Below are positions 57,001 through 64,000 of a stretch of 64,000 bases of DNA, in pieces. The translations under genes and the position numbers were made by a program. This DNA is from an uncultured delta proteobacterium (GTDB taxonomy: Bacteria > Myxococcota_A > Polyangia > Palsa-1104), in assembly GCA_963785725.1 (NCBI GenBank), contig CAWAWS010000007.1:608001-672000 (forward strand). The letters run 5' to 3'. The stretch's first letter is position 1; the number at the start of each line of letters is the position of its first letter. The notes under the pieces are model-generated. The model was not told the DNA's origin, made no database searches, and was given only the letters and a program-made list of their open reading frames with translations.

Positions 57001-58154
57001 TCTCGAACGCCGAGCTGCAAGGCCAGCCGCCGTCGCAAGCGATCGAATGGTGTGAGCGCGGGCTCTTGCAGCGCATGCATCGGCGGACCATCGGCGCTTT
57101 GCGCGAGCGGGTCCGTCCGGTGTCGCCGGCCGATTACATACGCTTCCTCGTGCGCTGGCAGCATGCGATGCCGGGGACGCGGCTGCACGGCGTCGAGGGC
57201 GTGGCCAAGGTCGTCGAGCAGCTCGAAGGGCTGGAGTTGCCGGCGGCGGCGTGGGAGCGCGATATCTTGCCGGCGCGCATTCACGACTATCAGCCGGCGA
57301 TGCTCGACGAGCTGTGTCTGTCGGGCGAGATGGCGTGGGCGCGACTGCGGGTGACGCCGCCCGAAGCCGAGCCGAGCCCACGGGCGCGCGCCGGCGCCAT
57401 CGGCCTGTTCACGCGCGCACACGCCGGCTGGCTCATCGATCCCTACGCGGCGACGGACGCGCCGCCGGCGACGTGGGAGCACTTGTCGCCGCTCGCGCGC
57501 GAAGTGGCGGCGACGCTGCACGCGCGCGGCGCCGCCTTCGTGACCGACTTGGCGGCGGCGCACGGCCGTCCGACGGGCGAGATCGAGGACGCCCTGTGGG
57601 AGTTGGTGCGCGCCGGCGCCGCCACCAGCGACGGTTTCGCCGGCCTGCGCGCGCTCATCGCGCCCCGGAGCAACAAGACGACTGACAAGCCGCGCCGCGG
57701 AGTTTCAGGTCGCTGGTCGCTCTTGCACCGCGATGCGCCGCGCCGCAGCCCCGAGGCCGGCCCGTTCGGCGACGGCAGCCCCGTCGAGTGCGCCTGGACC
57801 TATCTGCGGCGCTGGGGCGTCGTCGTGCGCGCCGTGATGCTGCGCGAGCAGGCGGCGCCGCCGTGGCGCGACCTCGTCGCCGTCTATCGGCGGCTGGAGG
57901 CGCGCGGCGAGATCCGCGGCGGGCGCTTCGTCAGCGGTCTGTCGGGCGAGCAGTTCGCGCTGCCGGAAGCGGTCGAGACGCTGCGCGCGCTCAAAGCCGC
58001 GCCGCTGGCCGCCGAAGAGCTGCGCGTCGCCGGCGTCGATCCGCTCAACCTCGTCGGCGTGCTGACGCCAGGTCCGCGCGTTCCCGCGGTAAACGGCTAC
58101 GAGGTGATTTATCGTAACGGCGATCCGGTCACGGCCGAACGTGGCGTGGCGTGA
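54024..58154 (+). CDS. lhr: Lhr family SF2 helicase with C-terminal winged-helix region
   Basis: APTGSGKT, YVSPLKAL, TTPESL, DEIH, GLSAT, ATASLELGID, QRIGRA, RRLEARGEIRGGRFV. Confidence 0.92.
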   Translation: MLDRFHPAVSTWFRERFGAPTEAQSRGWAEIASGRDTLIMAPTGSGKTLAAFLAGIDALVRRAVAGALDDKTRIIYVSPLKALGADVERNLEAPLRGIETTAMRLGTLVPPIRTALRTGDTSQTDRARIIRKPPHVLMTTPESLYLLLTSDKGRGVLAGAETIILDEIHALVGNKRGAHLALSLERLDALAGKRLTRIGLSATVQAVDDVARFLVGADEKGATRPCRVVDAGRKQPLDVAVEVPEEPLGAVASRSMWKDVHTRLCTLIHEHKTTLIFVPSRRLCERVAHDLEELLGKQMVAAHHGALAKRTRLGVERRLQSGQLRAVVATASLELGIDIGDVELVCQLGSPRAIAVLRQRIGRAHHSVGGTPKGRIFAMTRDELVECAAATRAMVSGAMDRHVDRPAPLDVLSQQLVAAASTGDFGVDALFALVRGAAPYAQLPRGEFDAVLDMLGDGIATRRGRSGAHLHLDRVNGRVRGRRGAKLAALTSGGAIPDKADYTVVEDPTEAVVGTLDEDFAIESMAGDIFLLGSHSWRIRRVENGVVRVEDANGLPPSVPFWNGEGLARTGELSAEVARLREELMARPAAEALALLANDCKLSRGGAEQALAYVVEGAQALGGVPSQTCVIAERFFDDAGGMQLVIHAPFGARINRAWGLGLRKKFCRAFDFELQAAASDDAILLSLGPQHSFPLDSIFGFLSPAVVEETLVQAALQSPMWETRWRWNATRALAVLRFTQGRRTPPPLLRMRAQDLMASVFPEAAGCQDNHGGVIREDMALPEHPLVLETVRDCLQEAMDCDGLIGVLERMRDGQIQCLARDTVAPSPWAHAILNAMPYTFLDDAPLEERRSRAVGTRRTKGDLGIVDRSAIASVIAEAAPDPRDPDELHDLLCTMIALRPIDRWRDWFDALVAAGRASPFRGRWVATERRAVAEAAWADDDAATTALVGGYLLSSGPLTVSAIADALELPSAKVDVALARLEADGRVLQGHFSNAELQGQPPSQAIEWCERGLLQRMHRRTIGALRERVRPVSPADYIRFLVRWQHAMPGTRLHGVEGVAKVVEQLEGLELPAAAWERDILPARIHDYQPAMLDELCLSGEMAWARLRVTPPEAEPSPRARAGAIGLFTRAHAGWLIDPYAATDAPPATWEHLSPLAREVAATLHARGAAFVTDLAAAHGRPTGEIEDALWELVRAGAATSDGFAGLRALIAPRSNKTTDKPRRGVSGRWSLLHRDAPRRSPEAGPFGDGSPVECAWTYLRRWGVVVRAVMLREQAAPPWRDLVAVYRRLEARGEIRGGRFVSGLSGEQFALPEAVETLRALKAAPLAAEELRVAGVDPLNLVGVLTPGPRVPAVNGYEVIYRNGDPVTAERGVA

Positions 58155-58269
58155 TCTGCGTCAACTCTCAGTCGCGCACCTGATTCGGACGCCGGCGGAC
58201 CCTGGCAGACATCCGCTTTTAACGACCGTCCGTATAACGGTATAGTTGAACTTTGTGTGACGGTGACCA

Positions 58270-59184
58270 TTGCCTGACCATCTGAAGCTGGTGCATGCCC
58301 CGCGCGCGTCCGAGGAGCTGATCGCGCGCGCGCACGTCTCTGTCGAGGAGTGGCTGCTGCGCGCGCTGCCGACGCGCGATACGCCGCCTTCGCGGCTGCA
58401 CGGCGCCATGCACGACGCGGTGTTTCCCGGCGGCCGGCGCGCGCGGCCGCTGTTGTGCCGGCTCGTCGCCGACAGCTACGGCAAAGGCGACGACGAGCTG
58501 GTGGGGCGGCTGGCGGCGGCCATCGAGCTCGTCCACTGCGCGTCGCTGGTGCAGGACGATCTGCCGCAGTTCGACGACGCGGCGATGCGGCGCGGGCAGC
58601 CGGCCTGTCACATCGTCTACGGGCAGGCGACGGCGATCCTCGTGGGCGACGCGCTGTTGACGCTGGCCTTCGAGACGCTGGCCAACGCGCCGGCGCGGCG
58701 GGCGGCGACGGCGTTTCGGCTGGTGGGCGCGCTCACGTCGGCGACGGGCAGCTCGCACGGCGTCATCGGCGGGCAGGCGCTCGAGCTGGAGCCGCATCCG
58801 GTCGAGCTCGAGATTTACCATCGGCAAAAGACGGCGGCGCTGTTTCGCGCGGCGGCGGCGGGCGCGGCGATTTGCTGCGGCGTCGAGGCCGACGTGTCGC
58901 GTTGGGCGCGCGTCGGCGAGCTCATCGGCATCGCGCTGCAGCTGCGCGACGACATCGACGACGTCGGCGCCAGCGCCGGCGAGATTGGCAAGCCGGTCGG
59001 GCGCGACGCGCTGCTCGGGCGGCCGAACGCCGCGCTGCAAGTCGGCGTCGACGGCTGTCAGGCCAAGCGGCACGAAATCATCGACGCCGTCCGCGAGCTG
59101 CTCGGTCCGCCGACGCCGGAGAACGAGGCGCTGCACCATCTCGTCGAAGAGGTCACACGTCCGGCCGATCGTCGCGTCGGCTGA
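58270..59184 (+). CDS. crtE: Polyprenyl (GGPP) synthase, CrtE-like
   Basis: GGRRARP, HCASLVQDDLPQFDD..RRG, GDALL, GGQ, KT, QLRDDIDD, GKPVGRD; TTG start. Confidence 0.75.
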   Translation: MPDHLKLVHAPRASEELIARAHVSVEEWLLRALPTRDTPPSRLHGAMHDAVFPGGRRARPLLCRLVADSYGKGDDELVGRLAAAIELVHCASLVQDDLPQFDDAAMRRGQPACHIVYGQATAILVGDALLTLAFETLANAPARRAATAFRLVGALTSATGSSHGVIGGQALELEPHPVELEIYHRQKTAALFRAAAAGAAICCGVEADVSRWARVGELIGIALQLRDDIDDVGASAGEIGKPVGRDALLGRPNAALQVGVDGCQAKRHEIIDAVRELLGPPTPENEALHHLVEEVTRPADRRVG

Positions 59185-59185
59185 A

Positions 59186-59283
59186 GTCGCCGCTCACACA
59201 TCGCCTGAGCATGCAGTGCCGCGGCCGGCGGAAGTCGCCGCCCGTCGCCGCTCACACATCGCCTGAGCATGCAGTGCCGCGGC
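59186..59283. repeat. Exact 40-bp direct repeat x2 with an 18-bp spacer
   Basis: gtcgccgctcacacatcgcctgagcatgcagtgccgcggc at 59186-59225 and 59244-59283. Confidence 0.9.
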
Positions 59284-59435
59284 GCCGCGGCGTGATTCGA
59301 CCGCGCACAATTCTGCATGCTCGTCGACGGCAGTGACGGGCGCGGCGTGATCGCTTTGCGGACACGCTGAACGCTGAGCGTACGCAGCGCGCGCCGGCCG
59401 CGGCGCGAAGTGCCCGCGCGGCGCGAATCGCGAGC

Positions 59436-59451
59436 CGGCACGGCCGGTGCT
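59436..59451 (+). promoter_or_regulatory. Putative sigma-54 promoter for the DUF3500-HupE pair
   Basis: CGGCACG-GCCG-GTGCT (GG-N10-GC), then GGAGG at 59472 and GTG at 59482. Confidence 0.45.
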
Positions 59452-59481
59452 TCAGCTGCGCGCCAATCAGCGGAGGCCCTC

Positions 59482-60783
59482 GTGCACAACTTCGACCAGC
59501 GTTCGACTTCTCATGCAGCTGCGCTCTGGCTCGCGTTCGCCGCGTTTGCCGGCGCCGGCTGCGGCAGCCACGGTGGCAGCAGCGGCAGCGACGCCGGCGC
59601 GGGCGGCGACCTGGCGGCGCCGACCGTCGACGACTGCACGAGCGCGACCGCGCACATCGACAAGATCGTGTGCGCCACCAACGCCTTCTTGGCGACGCTG
59701 ACGACGAGCGAGGCGACGTCGGTCAACCTCGCCTTCACCGACTTGAAGGACCGCACCGAGTGGTCCAACTTGCCGGGCGTGGCGCGACCCGGGCTCATGA
59801 TCAGCCAGTTCAGCAACAGCGCCACCAAGCCGGCGGCGCTGGCGATGATGGCGGTCGTGCTCACGACGGCCGGCTACTCCGACCTCGACGGCGTCATGAA
59901 CGCCGACGACTACCTCGGCAGCATTCAGGGCTCGACCGGCGGCGGGCCCGGCGGCACCGGCGACGGTGGCACCGGCATGATCGGCGGCACCGGCGGCGGC
60001 GGCCCGCCCGACGGCGGCATGACCGGCGGCCCCGGCGGCGGCATGACCGGCGCGGGCGACGCCGGCACGACCACGACCGCCGCCGGCTACTCGGCCGGCA
60101 ATTACACCGTTGCCATCTTCGGCACGCCCTCGGCCACGGGCAATTGGGAGATCATGTTCGGCGGCCACCACATGGCCTACAACATCACGTACCTCGCCGG
60201 CGTCGGCTATCCGGTGCCCAACCACATCGGCGTCGAGCCCAAGGCCAGCTTCACCATCAACGGCGGCACCTACGCGCCTCTGTCCGACGAGAGCGCGGCC
60301 ATGGTCGCGATGTACGCGTCGCTGTCGCCGACCGATCTGGCGACGGCGTACCTGCAAGGCCAGACGTTCGCCGACGTGCTCGTGGGGCCGGTCGAATATC
60401 AGACGGGCTCGTCGGCCGCGGCCAAGGCCAAGTTCCCGACGGGCGCCAACCGCACGGGCGTCCTCGTGTCGAGCCTGAGCGCGGCGCAGCAGGCGCTCGT
60501 GGTGACGGCCATCGAAGAGTGGGTCAACGACTTCGATCCGGCGCTGTCGGCGCAGCTCTTGGCCGATTACACGTCGGCAGCCGCGTTCGCCGATACCTAC
60601 GTCGCGTGGGCGGGCACGCAGTCGGCGGGCGTCGACGTCGACGTCGAGGGCACGTACATGCGCATCGACGGTCCGCGCCTGTGGATCGAAGTGGCGTGCC
60701 AGGGCGGCATCGTCATTCAAGGCAAGACGCACTTCCACACGATCTATCGCGACAAGCAGTACGACTACGGAGCCACGCTGTGA
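59482..60783 (+). CDS. DUF3500 domain lipoprotein
   Basis: GAGC lipobox, WSNLP, FGGHH, YMRIDGPRLWIE, HFHTIYRD..DYG. Confidence 0.85.
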   Translation: MHNFDQRSTSHAAALWLAFAAFAGAGCGSHGGSSGSDAGAGGDLAAPTVDDCTSATAHIDKIVCATNAFLATLTTSEATSVNLAFTDLKDRTEWSNLPGVARPGLMISQFSNSATKPAALAMMAVVLTTAGYSDLDGVMNADDYLGSIQGSTGGGPGGTGDGGTGMIGGTGGGGPPDGGMTGGPGGGMTGAGDAGTTTTAAGYSAGNYTVAIFGTPSATGNWEIMFGGHHMAYNITYLAGVGYPVPNHIGVEPKASFTINGGTYAPLSDESAAMVAMYASLSPTDLATAYLQGQTFADVLVGPVEYQTGSSAAAKAKFPTGANRTGVLVSSLSAAQQALVVTAIEEWVNDFDPALSAQLLADYTSAAAFADTYVAWAGTQSAGVDVDVEGTYMRIDGPRLWIEVACQGGIVIQGKTHFHTIYRDKQYDYGATL

Positions 60784-62138
60784 GCGGCGCCGCCGCCCGC
60801 ACGCTGGCGGTCGCGACGGTGCTGTTGGCCGCCGCGACCGCCGACGCGCACGACGTGCGCGGGACGGCGCTCTTCGTCGACGTCGGCGAGCGCGCCGTCG
60901 CGGCGGAGCTGCGACTGCCGGCGGCGCAGCTGGCGATGGCGACCGCTCAGCGGTCGATCCCGACGCGCGACGCGCTCGACGGCTACATCCGCGCGCATCT
61001 GCAGGCGCGCACGCGCGAGGGCGCGCTCTTTTCGGTCGCGCTCGAGGCGACGGCGGTCGAGCCCACGCCCGACGGGCCGCTCGTCGTCGCGCGGCTCGCG
61101 CTGCGGCCGCCGGCGGGCGCGCCGGCGCGCTTCATCGCGCTCACCTACGACGGCATCGTGCACCGTGTCGTCACGCACAACGTCTACGTCTTCGTGCGCC
61201 GCGACTTGCGGACCGGTCTCCTGGGCGACAAGCCCGAGCTCGCCGGCATGCTGCACTATCAGCAGCGGACGCTGACGATCGATCGCACGGAAGGCTCGTC
61301 GTGGCACGCGCTGGCGGCGATGTTCCGGCTCGGTCTGCAGCACATTGCCGAAGGGACCGATCACCTCTTGTTCCTGCTCATGCTGCTGTTGCCGGCGCCG
61401 CTCGTCGCGCGCGACCGTCGCTGGCGCGAGCCGCGGCCGCGCCGCGACGGCCTGCGCGCCATCGCCGCCATCGTCACCGCGTTCAGCATCGGCCACTCGT
61501 CGACGCTGGTGCTGGGCGCGTTCGGCGTCGTCAGGCTGCCGGCGGCGCCCGTCGAGACGCTCATCGCGGTCTCGATCTTCGTGGCCGCGCTGCACGCCGT
61601 GCGACCGCTGTTTCCGCGGCGTGAGGCGCTCGTCGCCGGCGGCTTCGGCCTCGTTCACGGGCTCGGCTTCGCGTCGGTGCTGACCGGCTTCGGCTTCGAT
61701 CGGCTGACGCTGGCGCAGGCGCTGCTCGGCTTCAACCTCGGCGTCGAGGCCATGCAGCTCGTCATCGTCGGCGTCACGTTGCCGTGGCTGATGCTCATGA
61801 GCGGCAGCGTGGGTTATCGCTATCTGCGCGTCGGCGGCGCGGCGTTCGGCGCGCTGGCGGCGCTGGGCTGGATCGGCGACCGCGCGTTCGGGTGGCAGAC
61901 GCCGATCCCGTCGTGGGTCGAAGCGGTGGCGGCGCGAGCGCCCGCGCTCGCCGGCGCGCTGGCGGTGGCGGCGGTCGTCGTCGTCGGGCGGGCGCGCGCG
62001 GTCGGCCGGGCTGCGACGGCCGCGCGTCGGCAGTCGCGTTCGCGCGGCGTCGCCGTAGCCACCGTCGCGACGAGCGAGCGAGCGGGTCGTCAGGCGGCGT
62101 CGAGGGCGGCGCGGAGCGGGAGTGGGGCGAGGGCGTGA
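60780..62138 (+). CDS. HupE/UreJ family membrane protein
   Basis: Signal peptide then AH; LGLQHIAEGTDHLLFL, TAFSIGHS, VETLIAVS, FGLVHGLGFA, FNLGVE; GTGA overlap with the upstream gene. Confidence 0.88.
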   Translation: MSGAAARTLAVATVLLAAATADAHDVRGTALFVDVGERAVAAELRLPAAQLAMATAQRSIPTRDALDGYIRAHLQARTREGALFSVALEATAVEPTPDGPLVVARLALRPPAGAPARFIALTYDGIVHRVVTHNVYVFVRRDLRTGLLGDKPELAGMLHYQQRTLTIDRTEGSSWHALAAMFRLGLQHIAEGTDHLLFLLMLLLPAPLVARDRRWREPRPRRDGLRAIAAIVTAFSIGHSSTLVLGAFGVVRLPAAPVETLIAVSIFVAALHAVRPLFPRREALVAGGFGLVHGLGFASVLTGFGFDRLTLAQALLGFNLGVEAMQLVIVGVTLPWLMLMSGSVGYRYLRVGGAAFGALAALGWIGDRAFGWQTPIPSWVEAVAARAPALAGALAVAAVVVVGRARAVGRAATAARRQSRSRGVAVATVATSERAGRQAASRAARSGSGARA

Positions 62139-64000
62139 TCGGTCGCGCCCGTGCGTTCGCATTCGCGCGCCCACATGTAGAAGCACGTCGAGTAGGCGAT
62201 CTTCATCCAGCCGCTGACGGACCAATAGAGGTTGACGATCAGCATGCCCCCGAGCGCGCCGATGGCCGGGTGGATGTAGCCGAGCGCGCGCATGACGACC
62301 CAGGCGAGCGGGAAGCAGATGGCGGCGACGATGTACGACGTGATCGACATCGCGACCACGCCCGCGCCGACGCCCGTCGGATCGTGGTCCATGAGCGCCT
62401 TGGAGCGCTTGAAGGCGGCGCCGAAGCTGACGCCTTCGATGACGAGCGCGGGCATGATGACGTAGGTCGCGGTCGTCCAGATGGCGCGCAAGAGGCGCAA
62501 GACGAGGCGCGCGGCGACGTCGTTGCGCTCGCGCGCATAGGTCGCCGCCAGGTCGAGCAGCGCCGAGACGGCGGCGAACGTCATGATGCCCGGCAGCGCG
62601 CGCTTGACCCGCGGCAACGCCGTCTCCATCGTCGCTGCGCCCGTCGTTCCGTAGTCGTACATGAGCGAGCAGGTGATCGAGTTACAGGCGTAATCGATGA
62701 AGTAGAGCAGGAAGCCTTCGACCGCCATGCAGGCATAGAAGCCGTTGCGCGAGTGCACGAAGAACAGCAGCACCGTGAACGCCGCCATCACCGGCGTCGT
62801 CACCAGCACGTCCCACACCAGCGGCTTTACGAGCGTCTTGTGCGTGCGCGCGAGCGTGAAGATCTGCGTCATGAAGGCGAGCGCGCGCGAGAACGATCCA
62901 AACGCGCCCTTCGGCGGCGGCGTGTATGCCTGCGCTGGCGCATTGGCGTGCGCTGCGTTGGCGTTCGGCGGGTTCGTCGCCGACGGCGCGTAGGGCAGCG
63001 CCGCTGGCGCGGCGAGCGGCTGCGCCGCCGGCGGCACGAGCGGCGCTTGCGCCATCATCGTCGGCTGGGTGCCGATGGGCGCGGGCTGCGCGTCGAGCTG
63101 GGCGGTGCGCGGCGCGGGCTTGGGCGTGAGCGGCAGCTGCGGCGCCTCCGCCATCATCGTCGCTTGCTGCGGCGTCGCTTGCTGCGGCGTCGCCTGCGGC
63201 AGGCTCACGAGCGGCGCTTGCGCCATCATCGTCGGCTGGGTGCCGATGGGCGCGGGCTGCGCGTCGAGCTGGGCGGTGCGCGGCGCGGGCTTGGGCGTGA
63301 GGGGCAGCTGCGGCGCCTCCGCCATCATCGTCGCTTGCTGCGGCGTCGCCTGCGGCGGCGTCGGCTGCGCCAGGCTCGGCGACGGCGTCCACGCTTCACG
63401 CGCGGGCGGCTTCGGCGCGGGCGGCGTCGCGCTCGGCGCCATCGGCACCGGCAGCTGCACCGCCGGCATGCCGATCATCGTCCGCTTGGCCGACACCGGC
63501 GCCGCCGGCGCGACGACCGGCCGCGCCCCAACCGGCGCGCTCGACGCGCGCGGCGGCGCGAAGGACGGCGGCGCGCTCGGGTTGGCCGGCGTCGCGATCG
63601 GCGGCAGCGTCGCCGGATCGATCCCCAGCGCCGCCAAATCCGGTGCCGTCATCTGCACGGTGCGGAAGTTCTCCGGCTCCGGCTGCGCCTTGCCGACGAC
63701 GATTCCCGCCGGCGGCGCCGCGGCCGCCGCGTCACGCGCCGCCAACGCCGCGCGCACTTCGGGCGGCAGCTCGGTCGGCATGCGCGTGCGATCGTCGGCG
63801 CCCGCGCGCGGCGTCACGACGTTCGCCAGCGCGCGCAGCCGGAAGATCAGCTGCACGCCGCCGATGTTCAGCTCATCGCCATCCTCGAGCGGCTGCACGC
63901 CATACACGAAGTTGCCGTTGCGCAGCGTGCCCGTCTGCGTGTCGAGATCTTGCACGTGCACGATGCCGCCGCCGTCGACGGTCAGCCGCGCGTGCTGCTC
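62090..64000 (-). CDS. FHA domain, Pro-rich linker and multi-TM C-terminal domain (DUF6159-like); 5' end outside the window
   Basis: EQHARLTVD...VQDLDTQTGTLRNG...LEDGDELNIG (FHA); WTTATY..MPALVIE...AFKRS membrane domain. Confidence 0.8.
   Translation of the reverse strand, partial: EQHARLTVDGGGIVHVQDLDTQTGTLRNGNFVYGVQPLEDGDELNIGGVQLIFRLRALANVVTPRAGADDRTRMPTELPPEVRAALAARDAAAAAPPAGIVVGKAQPEPENFRTVQMTAPDLAALGIDPATLPPIATPANPSAPPSFAPPRASSAPVGARPVVAPAAPVSAKRTMIGMPAVQLPVPMAPSATPPAPKPPAREAWTPSPSLAQPTPPQATPQQATMMAEAPQLPLTPKPAPRTAQLDAQPAPIGTQPTMMAQAPLVSLPQATPQQATPQQATMMAEAPQLPLTPKPAPRTAQLDAQPAPIGTQPTMMAQAPLVPPAAQPLAAPAALPYAPSATNPPNANAAHANAPAQAYTPPPKGAFGSFSRALAFMTQIFTLARTHKTLVKPLVWDVLVTTPVMAAFTVLLFFVHSRNGFYACMAVEGFLLYFIDYACNSITCSLMYDYGTTGAATMETALPRVKRALPGIMTFAAVSALLDLAATYARERNDVAARLVLRLLRAIWTTATYVIMPALVIEGVSFGAAFKRSKALMDHDPTGVGAGVVAMSITSYIVAAICFPLAWVVMRALGYIHPAIGALGGMLIVNLYWSVSGWMKIAYSTCFYMWARECERTGATDHALAPLPLRAALDAA
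63035..63349 (-). repeat. In-frame internal duplication with a 171-nt period
   Basis: ATPQQATMMAEAPQLPLTPKPAPRTAQLDAQPAPIGTQPTMMAQAPLV occurs twice and is near-identical at DNA level. Confidence 0.9.

Noticed and set aside
58218..58260. CarA/CarH-type light-responsive operator upstream of crtE
   Set aside because: AT-rich with a TATAGT -10-like box, but I could not find convincing regularly spaced direct repeats, and no such regulator is in the window.
33538..59184. Photosynthesis gene cluster suggested by crtC/crtE
   Set aside because: No bch, puf or puh genes in the window; carotenoid genes are common in non-phototrophic myxobacteria.
59186..59283. Possible mini-CRISPR
   Set aside because: Only two repeats; the 18-nt spacer is short and partly repeats flanking sequence; no cas genes or leader.

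Overview
GC-rich bacterial chromosomal window, most likely Myxococcota (inferred from an AgmX/PglI-type domain protein, a giant myxobacterial TPR protein, a DUF2378-like protein and Cys-rich lipoproteins). It holds about 55 genes and one tRNA-Arg(CCG). I found no integrase, transposase, prophage or CRISPR array. Recognisable genes: PBP1A, yajQ, a DHH phosphoesterase, hemJ-like, dinB, an S46 peptidase, a ParB-like protein, crtC with two glycosyltransferases, a GH18, boxB/boxC/boxR, pgi-gndA, three stand-alone receivers, an Lhr helicase, a crtE-like prenyltransferase and DUF3500-HupE/UreJ. Most worth follow-up: (1) a coupled CDP-alcohol phosphatidyltransferase / class-III aminotransferase / GtrA operon facing lipid-binding and export genes, possibly an unusual amino-lipid pathway; (2) a 1901-aa protein with a degenerate SIR2-like domain and TPRs; (3) a 24-bp tandem array forming a chain of overlapping stop/start mini-ORFs after boxR; (4) a non-coding array of alternating 48/47-bp units; (5) a -10 box sitting 6-8 nt before many start codons, suggesting leaderless mRNAs; (6) ten +1 insertions confined to boxB, which look like an allele-merging consensus artefact. 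Family calls come from motif recognition by eye; no database searches were run.
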